From a bacterium (GTDB lineage Bacteria; Hydrothermota; Tepidihabitantia; Tepidihabitantales; Tepidihabitantaceae), in the NCBI GenBank assembly GCA_046485285.1, contig JAWOHE010000089.1:43432-107431 (forward strand): DNA of 64,000 nt, given 5' to 3'. Under the pieces are notes generated by a model that saw only the letters and a program-made list of their open reading frames with translations, had not been told where the DNA came from and made no database searches. Of this stretch, positions 36,792 to 46,448 are shown piece after piece (within the stretch, counting starts at the first letter, position 1; every line of letters begins with the position of its first letter). The translations under genes were made by a program, and so were the position numbers.

Positions 36792-36886
36792 CGCGCACTC
36801 CTTTCGCGCCCGGCCGCCCCCGCGGACCGGCGCACCCGCCAGACTAGCCCTGCAGCCGGACCTGTCAACAGATAGGGCCAGAGCCG

Positions 36887-37378
36887 CTAGCGGTTGGTCT
36901 TCCCGCTCCACGACGACACCTTGACGCGGACGACGCCGACCGACTCGACGCCGGCGGCCCGGAGCAGGCGCGTCTTTACCGGGCCGGGGTCGGGCTCGCA
37001 GTGGTCGATGAGCAGGGCGAGCGCGCGGCGTTTCTCCTCGATGTCCTCGACGAACTCCGCCCGGCCCTCGAACTGGACGGTAGTGAAGGAGTGGTCGCAC
37101 TCGCCGGGCAGGTAGCCCCGGTCATCGAGGACCTGCCCGTAGACCTCGGGGTTTTCCCGGATGGCGTCGGCCTTGCGTCCCTGCCGCGAGCAGTGGAAGT
37201 AGAAGGTGTCGGCGGCCTCGCCGAACCCGAAGTTGACGGTCGCCAGGTAGGGCCGGCCCGCGGATACGACGGCGAGGGTCAGGTGTTTCTGCGCGCGAAC
37301 CATTGCCAGCAGTCGGTCGCGGTCGGTGATTGCCTTGTCAGGGTGACGGGTATGCCAGCGCTTGTCGGGTGCTTCCAT
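36887..37378 (-). CDS. Pyridoxamine 5'-phosphate oxidase family / NimA-like flavin-binding protein
   Basis: PYLATVNF, FYFHCS..GRK, NPEV, SGK. Confidence 0.85.
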   Translation of the reverse strand: MEAPDKRWHTRHPDKAITDRDRLLAMVRAQKHLTLAVVSAGRPYLATVNFGFGEAADTFYFHCSRQGRKADAIRENPEVYGQVLDDRGYLPGECDHSFTTVQFEGRAEFVEDIEEKRRALALLIDHCEPDPGPVKTRLLRAAGVESVGVVRVKVSSWSGKTNR

Positions 37379-37490
37379 GCCCAGAGGCTAGGCGGTCGGG
37401 CGGCGCGGTCAAGCCCGGGGCGCAGCCGGCAGACCGGGCCATCGCGGGCCGCCGCCCTTCATACTGCCTCGGGGTGCGACCGCGCTGACC

Positions 37491-37856
37491 CTACCGCTTG
37501 TCCCGGAACAGCGCCGAGAGTATCACCGTCGCTATCGAGACAATCAGCGCGCCCCAGAACGCGGCCCAGAACCCGTGGACGTGGAACCCGACGTGGAGCC
37601 AGTTGACCGCGATCCAGGACGAGAACCACAGCATCAGCGCGTTGATGACCAGCGAGAACAGGCCCAGCGTCAGGATTATCAGGCCGCAGGACAGGAGCTT
37701 CAGCACCGGCCGGATGAGCGCGTTGACCAACCCGAACACGACGGCCATCACGGCAACCACCCACCAGGCCTTGTCCGCGACCTCGATGCCCGGCACTACC
37801 CACGCCGCGAGAACCAGCGCCAGCGCGGCAATCAACCAGCGTATCAGCAGATGCAC
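37491..37856 (-). CDS. 4-TMS holin-family (YvlD/DUF360) membrane protein
   Basis: GLVNALIRPVLKLL..LTLGLFSLVINALML, FWAAFWGALIVS. Confidence 0.88.
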   Translation of the reverse strand: MHLLIRWLIAALALVLAAWVVPGIEVADKAWWVVAVMAVVFGLVNALIRPVLKLLSCGLIILTLGLFSLVINALMLWFSSWIAVNWLHVGFHVHGFWAAFWGALIVSIATVILSALFRDKR

Positions 37857-38189
37857 TACAGTCCTCCTCTCGGGCGGCGCGACACGCCCCCGTGTCAACA
37901 TGATGGCCCGGCAATCCCCTCCCGTCAACCCCAAATCCTGATCAGCTCGGGTCGAGGGAGGATACGGGCAGCCCTGCGGTGTTGAGCCCGCGCACTGTCG
38001 CGGGTCCGCGCCCCGCCGGCCGGGACGCGGCGCGGTCGCAGACTCTCTGGCCGGCCGCGTTGTCGTCAACCCACATCCGGCTGTCGTCCGGTGCGGCAAG
38101 GGCTGGCCCGGTCGGGACAGAATTGGACCAGGATGCGCGCCGGCGTCCGCCTGCCGAGCAATACCATGTTGGCAAATCAGAACTTAGCG

Positions 38190-38206
38190 ACGGCACGGCC
38201 AATGCA
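38190..38206 (+). promoter_or_regulatory. Possible sigma54 promoter
   Basis: CGGCACGGCCAATGCA (GG-N10-GC) in an AT-richer intergenic segment upstream of 38261. Confidence 0.45.
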
Positions 38207-38260
38207 TAGGAGAATGTCGATGGGCTGTGTGAATACGACCGCAATCGAAAGGAACAGCCG

Positions 38261-39139
38261 ATGAGAACGATGCTCAGTCTCGTGACGCTGGCGGCGCTGG
38301 CGGGCCCGGTTTTGGCCGGCGGTGGCGGCCTCGCCGGCCGGGTGACCGACGCCGTGACCGGCGCGCCCCTGGCCGGGGTCGTGGTGACCGCCCGGTCCGA
38401 GGGCGGCCGCGCGAGCCAGGCCCGAACGAACGAGCGGGGCGCGTACCTGTTTGACGAGTTGAGGCCGGGCGACTACCGGGTGCGGGCCGCGGGCGCGCGC
38501 GGCTACGAGCCGGCCGTATACCCGAGGAGGGTGACGGTGCGCGCGGGCGAGGTGACCCGCGGGATCGACTTCGCGCTGTTCCGGGTCGCGAACCCGGACC
38601 CGGGCGCAATTTCCGGCCAGGTGACCGACGAGAACGGCAGGCCGCTCGCCCACGCGCTGGTGATGGCGCACGGGCGGTACGGCCGCCGGGCGGCCCGGGC
38701 CGACGCCGGCGGGGAATATGTCATCCGCGGGCTCAGGCCGGGGACCTACCGGGTCGTCGCGGCCGCGCGCGGGTACCTCCGGGCGGCCTACCCGGAGCCG
38801 GTTGATGTCCGGCCCGGGCAGACGGTCGAGGGGATCAACTTCGCGCTGGTCCCGCGACGGCGCACGGGCGGCATTGCCGGTCGGGTGACCGATGCCCGGA
38901 CCGGCGAGCCGATTGCCCGAGCGGCGGTCGTCGCCCGGGGCCGGGCCGACGCGGCCCGCGCGACCACGGACCGGCGCGGGCACTACCGGATGAGGCTCGA
39001 GCCGGGTGACTACCGGGTCCGGGCGATGGCCCGGGGCTACGAGTCCACCGAGCACCAGGGGCCGGTGACGGTCAGGCCGCAGGAACTCACCCGGGACGTG
39101 GATTTCGCCCTCAGACGCACAACGCTCAGTTACGACTGA
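38261..39139 (+). CDS. Secreted protein with three carboxypeptidase-regulatory-like Ig repeats
   Basis: Three repeats of G.I.G.VTD..G.PL..T...G.Y...L.PG.YRV.A..GY..V.V..DFAL. Confidence 0.85.
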   Translation: MRTMLSLVTLAALAGPVLAGGGGLAGRVTDAVTGAPLAGVVVTARSEGGRASQARTNERGAYLFDELRPGDYRVRAAGARGYEPAVYPRRVTVRAGEVTRGIDFALFRVANPDPGAISGQVTDENGRPLAHALVMAHGRYGRRAARADAGGEYVIRGLRPGTYRVVAAARGYLRAAYPEPVDVRPGQTVEGINFALVPRRRTGGIAGRVTDARTGEPIARAAVVARGRADAARATTDRRGHYRMRLEPGDYRVRAMARGYESTEHQGPVTVRPQELTRDVDFALRRTTLSYD

Positions 39140-39192
39140 GCGGGCACCAGCCGGGTTGCTCCCGTCAGGGGTGGCGGGGGCGACCCGGAAGA

Positions 39193-39242
39193 CCGGGGCC
39201 GTCCCTCTGCCGGGAGCGCAAATGGCAGGGACGGCCCCGGTT
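39193..39242 (+). terminator. Intrinsic terminator-like hairpin
   Basis: ccggggccgtccct..agggacggccccgg followed by tt. Confidence 0.5.
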
Positions 39243-39353
39243 GTCGAAAGATGTTGACAAGGGCCGTCCGGTTGAGGTATGCTATCGCCGGCAGAGAGCG
39301 GGCGCGCCGGACCGGTTGCCCGATGCCCAGTCCGGCGGCCCAAAGGAGGTAGA

Positions 39354-41072
39354 ATGATCCGACTCATCGCCATCGTTGCCGGGGCGGCACTGGCCGCGGC
39401 TGCCGGCAACCTCATTCCCCTGACCGCGCTCGCGCCGGAGACTTCGGCGTTGCCGGACGAGGCCGTCACACGGGTGAGCGGCGACCCGCCCGTACCGGCG
39501 GGCCGGCCGGTCGTCGGCACCGTCGACACGGTCGGCGGCACGACCGTCGACTGGCAGGCCAACGGCCCCCAACTCCGGCAGATAGTAGTCGACCCGGAAC
39601 GCGGCATCCACGTGCTCTGGATGTACTCGGCCTCGAACCAGACGACGTTCCCGGACCGGAACATGCGCTACAACTTCTATGACTTCGCGCTCGGCGAGTG
39701 GAACTGGATTGACCCGGATTACATGCAGTCCGGGGTCAACGTGTTCACCGCGCGCGCGGGGTACGGGAACCTGGCGCTGGACTGGACGACCGGGTGCGCG
39801 CTGGTGTCGACGCACATGGGCACGACGCCCTTGTACCCGTCGCTGGGGCGGGATATGGCGCCGGGCGGCGGCCTCTTCGAGTACTGCGACGGGCCGAGCG
39901 CCTACCTCTGGCCGGTGCTCGCCTCCAGCCCGGGCCTGCCCTACCACGTCTCGGTGATAGACGACGGGAGCCGCGACCAGCTCTACTACAGCCGCGTCAA
40001 CCCGTGGTGCACGTGGTCTGGCCCGGTTGGTGTGAGCTCGCCCCAGCCCGACCCGATGTTCCCGACCCAGAACATCGCCGCGAGCCGGGTGAGCCAGAAG
40101 GTCTGTATCACTTGGGAGTACTCCGAGGGGGCACCCGACCCGGGCTTCTACCGGCAGTCCACCGACGGCGGAACCACCTGGCAGAACCCGGAGGAACTGC
40201 CGTGGCCGCCGGCCTACGGCGGCGACACGCTGACGTCTTTCCACATCAGCGCGTTCACGCCGTTCTACGACCAGGAGGACGATCTCCACATCGTCGCGGC
40301 GACGATGCCCTACGTCGCCGGGCAGGGCTACATCATCCCGGCCCAGATCTGGCACTGGTCGCCCGCAAACTCACCGAATTGGTCGCGGGTGACGATCGCC
40401 CGGTGCAACCCGCTGAACCTCGGGGCGCCGATCGGCTACAACGCGATCTACGCCTGCCGGCCGAGCATCGGCGAGGCGGGCGGGTACCTCGTCGCTGCGT
40501 GGGAGCAGTTCGACTCCTCGAACGTCGAACCCGGGCCGCCCGAGCGCCTGCGGGCGGACATCTTCATCGCGTTCGACAACGGCGACAACGGCGCGACCTG
40601 GCAGGCGCCGCTCAAGATAACCGACCGGACAACCGCCTCGCACCGGTTTCCATCGGTCGCCGAGGTCAACACCGGCGACGTCGTCCGGGTGACCTACGAG
40701 ATCGACCAGAAGGCCGGGTTCTTCGTCCAAGGCGAGAACATCGTGACCAACAACCCGATTGTCGTCCACACGGTCGACTTCACCGGCATCGCCGAGGAGC
40801 GGACCGCGCCAGCCGGGCCACTGCTTGCGGTCGGCGCGAACCCGGTCCGGGGCCGGGCGCGGTTCGAATACCGGCTGCCCGCCGCCGGGCCGGCCGAGCT
40901 CGTCCTCCTCGACGCGGCCGGCCGGCGGGTCGCGACGCTCGTCTCCGGGCGGCAGGCCGCGGGCCGGCACGCGGTGAGCTGGGACGCGACCGGGCTCCGG
41001 CCCGGCGTCTACCTTGCTCGGCTGCGCGCCGGCGGCGCCAGCATCACGCGCAAGCTGGTGCTGGCGGAGTGA
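39354..41072 (+). CDS. Secreted BNR-repeat protein with sorting CTD
   Basis: AAGGAGG RBS, signal peptide, STDGGTTW and DNGATW, CTD with GVYLARL. Confidence 0.82.
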   Translation: MIRLIAIVAGAALAAAAGNLIPLTALAPETSALPDEAVTRVSGDPPVPAGRPVVGTVDTVGGTTVDWQANGPQLRQIVVDPERGIHVLWMYSASNQTTFPDRNMRYNFYDFALGEWNWIDPDYMQSGVNVFTARAGYGNLALDWTTGCALVSTHMGTTPLYPSLGRDMAPGGGLFEYCDGPSAYLWPVLASSPGLPYHVSVIDDGSRDQLYYSRVNPWCTWSGPVGVSSPQPDPMFPTQNIAASRVSQKVCITWEYSEGAPDPGFYRQSTDGGTTWQNPEELPWPPAYGGDTLTSFHISAFTPFYDQEDDLHIVAATMPYVAGQGYIIPAQIWHWSPANSPNWSRVTIARCNPLNLGAPIGYNAIYACRPSIGEAGGYLVAAWEQFDSSNVEPGPPERLRADIFIAFDNGDNGATWQAPLKITDRTTASHRFPSVAEVNTGDVVRVTYEIDQKAGFFVQGENIVTNNPIVVHTVDFTGIAEERTAPAGPLLAVGANPVRGRARFEYRLPAAGPAELVLLDAAGRRVATLVSGRQAAGRHAVSWDATGLRPGVYLARLRAGGASITRKLVLAE

Positions 41073-41155
41073 CCCGGCGATGACGGCAGGATACTGCCCC
41101 GGACAGGCTTGCATTCCCGGCCCGGGGCGGTATCCTGTCTCGCTGAGATGAGGCG

Positions 41156-42295
41156 ATGAGAAACCCGACATTCCTGCTCGCGACACTGGCCGCGCTGGCC
41201 GTTGCCCAGTCCGACTACTCCGCGCCGGGCCGGTTCGCTGCCGCGTTCCGGACCGAGGATATCCCGGGCTCGACCGAGCTGATGCAGGGCTCGCGCATCT
41301 ACTACCCGGAGTCGGCCGGGGTCATCCCGCGCCGGGCCGCGCCCGCACCGGTCGTCGTCTTCGGCCACGGCTGGCAGATGGGCATCGACCGCTACTACAG
41401 CTACGCCGAGCACCTCGCGACCTGGGGCTACATCGCGGTCCTGCCGACCATATCCAACCCGATCATCCGGCCCGAGCACGACCGCCGCGCCCGGCTGATG
41501 GCCGACGCGGCACGATTCGCGGCCGCGCTGGACACCGTGACCGGCGACCCGTTCGCGGGCCGCGTCGCCCGCGCGAACTGGGGCTTCTGCGGGCACTCGA
41601 TGGGCGGCGGCCTGGCGATGCTCGCCGCGGACACGCTCCGGCTCGGCGACAGCCTGCGGGCGGTCGCGGCGCTGGCAAGTCCGCAGACCGACCCGCCGAC
41701 CAATGCCGCCAACGTCCGGGTGCCGAAGCTCGTCATCGGCGGCGGGACCGACAACACCGCGCCCTGGCCGGCGGTCCGCGAGGCCTACTGGCAGGGCGCG
41801 CCCGCGCCCGGCACGTTCGGCGTGGTCCGCGGGGCAAACCACGGTTACTTCATGGACTACTCCTACTTCTGGGAGAATGGCGGCACCGCCGGCATCACCC
41901 GCGAGGAGCAGTTGCGGAGCGCCCGGCGCTGGCTCACCGCGATCTTCGAGCGGTACCTGCACGGCGACGAGGGTAACTGGAACACCGCTTGGCTCTACGG
42001 CGACTCACTGCGGTCGAGCCCGGCGTTCGAGTCGGTCGAGGTGCGGCTGACGGTAGCGGTGCGCGACCGTGCGGCGCGACTCCAGCCCCGGCTGTCGGTC
42101 CGGCCCAACCCGTTCAGCAACTGGGCGCTCCTGTCGGGCTACGAGTCTAGCGACGTGCTGGTCTACGACGCGGGCGGGAGCCTTGTCGGCGTGCTCAGCG
42201 GGCCGGCGGTCGGCGGCGATCTCGGGCCCGGAGTCTACTTCCTGCGCAGCGCCGACGGTGACGGCCGGCCGGTCCGGGTCGTCAAGGCGCGCTAG
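41156..42295 (+). CDS. Secreted cutinase/chlorophyllase-like alpha/beta hydrolase with sorting CTD
   Basis: PVVVFGHG, LATWGY, GHSMGGG, GGTD, GANH; CTD PNPF..GVYF. Confidence 0.85.
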   Translation: MRNPTFLLATLAALAVAQSDYSAPGRFAAAFRTEDIPGSTELMQGSRIYYPESAGVIPRRAAPAPVVVFGHGWQMGIDRYYSYAEHLATWGYIAVLPTISNPIIRPEHDRRARLMADAARFAAALDTVTGDPFAGRVARANWGFCGHSMGGGLAMLAADTLRLGDSLRAVAALASPQTDPPTNAANVRVPKLVIGGGTDNTAPWPAVREAYWQGAPAPGTFGVVRGANHGYFMDYSYFWENGGTAGITREEQLRSARRWLTAIFERYLHGDEGNWNTAWLYGDSLRSSPAFESVEVRLTVAVRDRAARLQPRLSVRPNPFSNWALLSGYESSDVLVYDAGGSLVGVLSGPAVGGDLGPGVYFLRSADGDGRPVRVVKAR

Positions 42296-42306
42296 CCGGC
42301 CCGGCA

Positions 42307-45075
42307 GTGGGCACGACCCGCACGCCGGCACTCTTGGCCGCCTTCCTTGTTCTCACCGCCGCCGCGGTTGCATCCCCGGCGCGGCTGGTTGCGGTGCCGG
42401 CATCGGACGCGGGGCTGATCGAACGGCTGGCAGCGGAAGGCGCGCGGAGTTGGGGCGCGACCGATTCCTGGCACTACCTCGACCCGGCCTCGATCGCCGG
42501 CCCGGTGCCGGGCGCGCGCGAGGTCCTGCTCGACCCCGACCGGCCGGCGTTCTTCGCCTGGGCCGGGCTCGATGCCGGGCCGGAGCTGGTCCAGCCCGGC
42601 GAGGCCGAGGCCCGGCGCTACCGGCGGCTGGTCTCCCTGCCCGACGCGCCGGTGCCGCTCAGGATGCCGCGGGCGCCGGTCCTGTCCCGGCCGGCGGCCA
42701 GCGACAGCTTCGTCCAGCGGCTGGTCGCGCGGGTGAGCCCGGACTCGATCCGGGCCCGGATTACCGAGCTCTGCGGGTTCCAGACTCGCCACTCACCGAC
42801 CGACAGCTGCCGCAGTGCCGAGCGCCACGTCTTCGAGTACTTCACCCGGCTCGGGCTGGACTCGGTCGAGCTCGACTCCTACCCGCGCGGCGGCGAGTAC
42901 TGGCGCAACCCGGTCGGCATCAGGCTCGGCCGGTACCGGCCGGACAAGGAGCTCATCGTCTGCGGCCACATGGACGCGATCTCGGAGATCCCGGATAGCC
43001 TCGCGCCCGGAGCCGAGGACAACGCGTCCGGGACCGCGATCGCGCTCGAGGCGGCGCGGGTGCTCGCGGCCGAGAATCTCGACCTGACGGTCAAGTTCGT
43101 CGCCTTCACCGGCGAGGAGCTCGGGCTCTACGGCAGCGCGCACTACGCCCAACGGATGCGGGCGGCCGGCACCGACATCCTCGGCGCGCTGAACTTCGAC
43201 ATGGTCGCCTGGCCGGGCGGTAGCTGGGGCGTCGCGCTGGTCGGGCTCGCGCCGGCGCGCAGGCTGTGCGACTACCAGGCCGCGATGGCCGACCGCTACA
43301 CCGAGCTCGATCACCGCATCTCGGTGCGGAGCTTCCCGTCCGACTCGCGTTCGTTCGAGGAGGCCGGCTATGTCGCGACCTCGGGCTACGAGTTCGGCTC
43401 CGAGCCCTACATCTGGTACCACACCTCGGCCGACACGCTCGGTAACCTCGACTTCGACCTCGCCGCGGAAGTCTGCCGGATGGCGGTCGCGACGCTTGCC
43501 TCGCTCGCGGTCGCGCCGCTGCCGCCCGAGGGGTTCGCGCTCGCCGACTGCGGCGACGGGACTAGCCTGCGGGCGAGCTGGCGGGCCTCGCCCGAGCCGG
43601 ACCTCGCCGGCTACCGGCTGTTCTGGGGGTTCGACACGCTGACCTACGCCGATTCGCTCGACACCGGGCCGGATACCGTCGCGGTCATCACCGGGCTCGA
43701 GACCGGCCGGCGCGTGTTCGCGACCGTGCTCGCGCGGGACCGGGACGGCTACGAGAGCGGCTTCGCGGACGGGGCCAGCGCGGTGCCGGCAGACGTGCCG
43801 GCCGCGCCCTCGAGCGCGGCGGCGCTGCCATTCCGGCACGGGATGAGCGTCACCTGGCGGGCGAACCGCGAGCTCGACCTCGCCGGCTACAACCTCTACC
43901 GCTCGACCCGGCCCGACAGCGGCTATGCCCGGGTCAACCCCGCGCTGCTGCCCGACACCGCCCGGCGCGACTCCGGCCTGCTCGCCGACACGATGTACCA
44001 CTGGGTCGTCACCGCGGTCGACACCGGGGGCAATGAGAGCGAGCGCTCGACCCCGGCCCGGGGCAAGGCGGTAACGCTCGACCACGGCATCCTGCTCGTC
44101 AACGAGACCCGGCCCGGCTCGGGCCAGCCCGGCAGCCCGTCCCGGGCCCAGCTCGACGCGTTCTGGCACGCGGTCCTGCGCGGCTACCGGCTTACCGACT
44201 GGAACTGCGCCGAGGCCGGCGCGCCGGGCGCGGGCGACCTCGGGCCGTACTCGACCATCGTCTGGCACGGGGACGAGTACCAGCAGATGCTCATCGCCGG
44301 CGCGGTGCCGGGCCTCGCCAACCACCTCGCCCACGGCGGCCGGCTCTGGCTTTCGGGCTGGAAGACCGCGCTCGCGCTGGCTGGCGGCGGCGGATACCCG
44401 TTCAACTACGAGCCGGGCCGGTTCGAGCGGGACCGGCTCGGCCTCGCCCGGGCCGAGCAGTCCGCCCGCAGTGACTTCATCGGCGCTGTCGGGCAGGCCG
44501 GGTACCCGGACGTTGCGGTCGACTCGGCCAAGGCCCTGCCCGCCCTGCAGGGCCGCCTGCCCTACATCGACGCGCTCCTGCCCGGCGACGGGGTGCCGGT
44601 GCTGGCGTTCCGGTCATTCTCGGGCGACAGCTTCGAATGCAAGCCGGTCGCGGTCCGCCACGAGGCCGGTGCGCACCGGGCGGTGGCCTGCGGGTTCCCG
44701 GTCTACTACCTGCGTGACGAGGACGCGAGGGCGCTGGCGCGCCGGGTGCTCGAGGACCTGGGCGAGCCGTACGGCATCGCCGAGGCGGGGCGCGCGGCCG
44801 CGACCGGCGGGCTCGCGGTCCTGCCCAGCCCGGCCCGGGGCGGGCTGGCCGTGCGCTTCCAGCTCGCCGCGGCCGCACCGGCGCGGCTGGCGGTGTACGA
44901 CGCGGGCGGCCGGCTGGTGCGGGTGCTGGCGACCGGCGAGCACCGGGCCGGCGAGCATCTCACGCGCTGGGACGGTCGCGACGCGGCGGGGCGGAAGGTG
45001 TCGGCCGGGGTGTTCTTCTGCCGGCTCGAGGTCGGCGGCGCGGCGTCGGCGCGCCGGTTCGAGCTCCTGCGCTGA
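42307..45075 (+). CDS. M28 peptidase with FN3 domains and FlgD-like CTD
   Basis: GHMDA, GAEDNASG, GEELGL, NFDM, SD..SF, YHT; two FN3 repeats (DLAGY); WDGRD. Confidence 0.9.
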   Translation: MGTTRTPALLAAFLVLTAAAVASPARLVAVPASDAGLIERLAAEGARSWGATDSWHYLDPASIAGPVPGAREVLLDPDRPAFFAWAGLDAGPELVQPGEAEARRYRRLVSLPDAPVPLRMPRAPVLSRPAASDSFVQRLVARVSPDSIRARITELCGFQTRHSPTDSCRSAERHVFEYFTRLGLDSVELDSYPRGGEYWRNPVGIRLGRYRPDKELIVCGHMDAISEIPDSLAPGAEDNASGTAIALEAARVLAAENLDLTVKFVAFTGEELGLYGSAHYAQRMRAAGTDILGALNFDMVAWPGGSWGVALVGLAPARRLCDYQAAMADRYTELDHRISVRSFPSDSRSFEEAGYVATSGYEFGSEPYIWYHTSADTLGNLDFDLAAEVCRMAVATLASLAVAPLPPEGFALADCGDGTSLRASWRASPEPDLAGYRLFWGFDTLTYADSLDTGPDTVAVITGLETGRRVFATVLARDRDGYESGFADGASAVPADVPAAPSSAAALPFRHGMSVTWRANRELDLAGYNLYRSTRPDSGYARVNPALLPDTARRDSGLLADTMYHWVVTAVDTGGNESERSTPARGKAVTLDHGILLVNETRPGSGQPGSPSRAQLDAFWHAVLRGYRLTDWNCAEAGAPGAGDLGPYSTIVWHGDEYQQMLIAGAVPGLANHLAHGGRLWLSGWKTALALAGGGGYPFNYEPGRFERDRLGLARAEQSARSDFIGAVGQAGYPDVAVDSAKALPALQGRLPYIDALLPGDGVPVLAFRSFSGDSFECKPVAVRHEAGAHRAVACGFPVYYLRDEDARALARRVLEDLGEPYGIAEAGRAAATGGLAVLPSPARGGLAVRFQLAAAAPARLAVYDAGGRLVRVLATGEHRAGEHLTRWDGRDAAGRKVSAGVFFCRLEVGGAASARRFELLR

Positions 45076-45077
45076 AC

Positions 45078-46364
45078 TCAGTCGAAGACGGTGAGCTGGC
45101 CGGTCTTGTAGTAGCGGGTGGCCCGGCTCCGGCCGCGCATCTGGAGCCGCTTGCGCCGGACGAGGCCGGCGAGGATGTGGCCGGCCTGGTGCGGGCTGCA
45201 GCGCAGGATGGTCCGGACGATTTCGTTGGTGACGTACTGCCGGTCCTTCGGCATGTCCTCGAGGTAGGTCATTATTGCGCTATCGGCGTAGGCGGCCTCG
45301 GCGCGGCGGAACAGCGTGTAGCTGACGCAGGTCGAGAGCTGTGAGTAGATGCGCTTGCTGAGCCGGTAGACCCGGCCGCCCTTCTGCCCGAACGGCTCGA
45401 TGAGCCCGCGCAGGGCCATCGAGTTGAGCGCCTCGCGGGACTCGTTCTCGCCGCGCTGGAGCAGGCGCTGGACGTCGGCAAGGCTGACCTCGCGGTTGCG
45501 CTTGAGCCAGGTCAGCACCAGCAGGTCGTGGAGCGTCAGGCCGCGGCCGGCCCGACCCTCGTCGGCGACGAAGCGGGCGAAGGTCTCGTCGACACCGGGC
45601 CCGGCCTCGGTCCGTCCGCTCCGGAGGATAACCCGGACGTAGTCGCGCTCGGCTTCCCAGGCCGGCGGCTCCTTGCCGAACGATAGCATCACGTGGTACA
45701 TCCGCTTGACGCCCATCCCGGCGCGCTCGACGAGCCGGATGCGCTGGAGGACCTCGGCGAGCAGGCGATTGCGGCTGACCGGCTCGTGGCCGAGGATGTT
45801 GTCGAGCGTCACCCCGCCCCAGAGCCCGCCCGGGTTGGCGATCTCGATGCGGTCCGGGTAGTGGCGGAGGTAGACCGGCGCGTTGAGTTCGTAGTCGCGG
45901 TGGACGAGGGTGTTGAGCAGGGCCTCGCGGCAGACCTCGGCCGGGAAGTCCGGGACCTCGACGTGGAACAGGCCGAGCTTGAGCGTGTGGACACGGTTGT
46001 GCGGTTCGAGCGCCTGGCCGAACTGCTCGACGAGCGCGAGGAGCGGCCGGCGCGAGTCGAGCCGCCGGTCGTAGTCGGTGTCGGACTGCATGTGGAGGTA
46101 GATGGCCTCGTGGCCGGGTAGGTCGGCGCGGAGGAATTCCTCGCGGCCGACGAGCAACAGCCCTGCGACGGTGATGCGGCGGTCGCCGTCGGGCCGGAGG
46201 ACGCCGAGCCGGGCGAGCAGGTCCTCGTCGGACAGGCCGAGCAGGGACGAGCCGGGCTCGCTGGCGGCGAGCACCCGGCGCAGGCGTTCGACCTCGATGC
46301 GGTCAATCGCCTCCGGGCCGCGGGCGAGCGGCCGGGCCGAGAAGTCGGCGTGCTCCGCTATCAC
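45078..46364 (-). CDS. HATPase_c_4 (RecG C-terminal-like) plus wHTH protein, lacking the usual AlbA_2 domain
   Basis: REALLNTLVHRDY, DRIEIANPGG, RNRLLA, ERAGMG. Confidence 0.8.
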   Translation of the reverse strand: MIAEHADFSARPLARGPEAIDRIEVERLRRVLAASEPGSSLLGLSDEDLLARLGVLRPDGDRRITVAGLLLVGREEFLRADLPGHEAIYLHMQSDTDYDRRLDSRRPLLALVEQFGQALEPHNRVHTLKLGLFHVEVPDFPAEVCREALLNTLVHRDYELNAPVYLRHYPDRIEIANPGGLWGGVTLDNILGHEPVSRNRLLAEVLQRIRLVERAGMGVKRMYHVMLSFGKEPPAWEAERDYVRVILRSGRTEAGPGVDETFARFVADEGRAGRGLTLHDLLVLTWLKRNREVSLADVQRLLQRGENESREALNSMALRGLIEPFGQKGGRVYRLSKRIYSQLSTCVSYTLFRRAEAAYADSAIMTYLEDMPKDRQYVTNEIVRTILRCSPHQAGHILAGLVRRKRLQMRGRSRATRYYKTGQLTVFD

Positions 46365-46448
46365 AGGGCCATATTATCCCGGGCCGGAGGGCAGTCAAGG
46401 AGCGCGGCCAGTGGTTGACCGGGTCGCCGGGCCGGATAAGCTTTGCTG

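Noticed and set aside
37491-37856. Prophage suggested by the holin-family gene
   Set aside because: The DUF360/YvlD family is commonly chromosomal, and there are no phage genes nearby.
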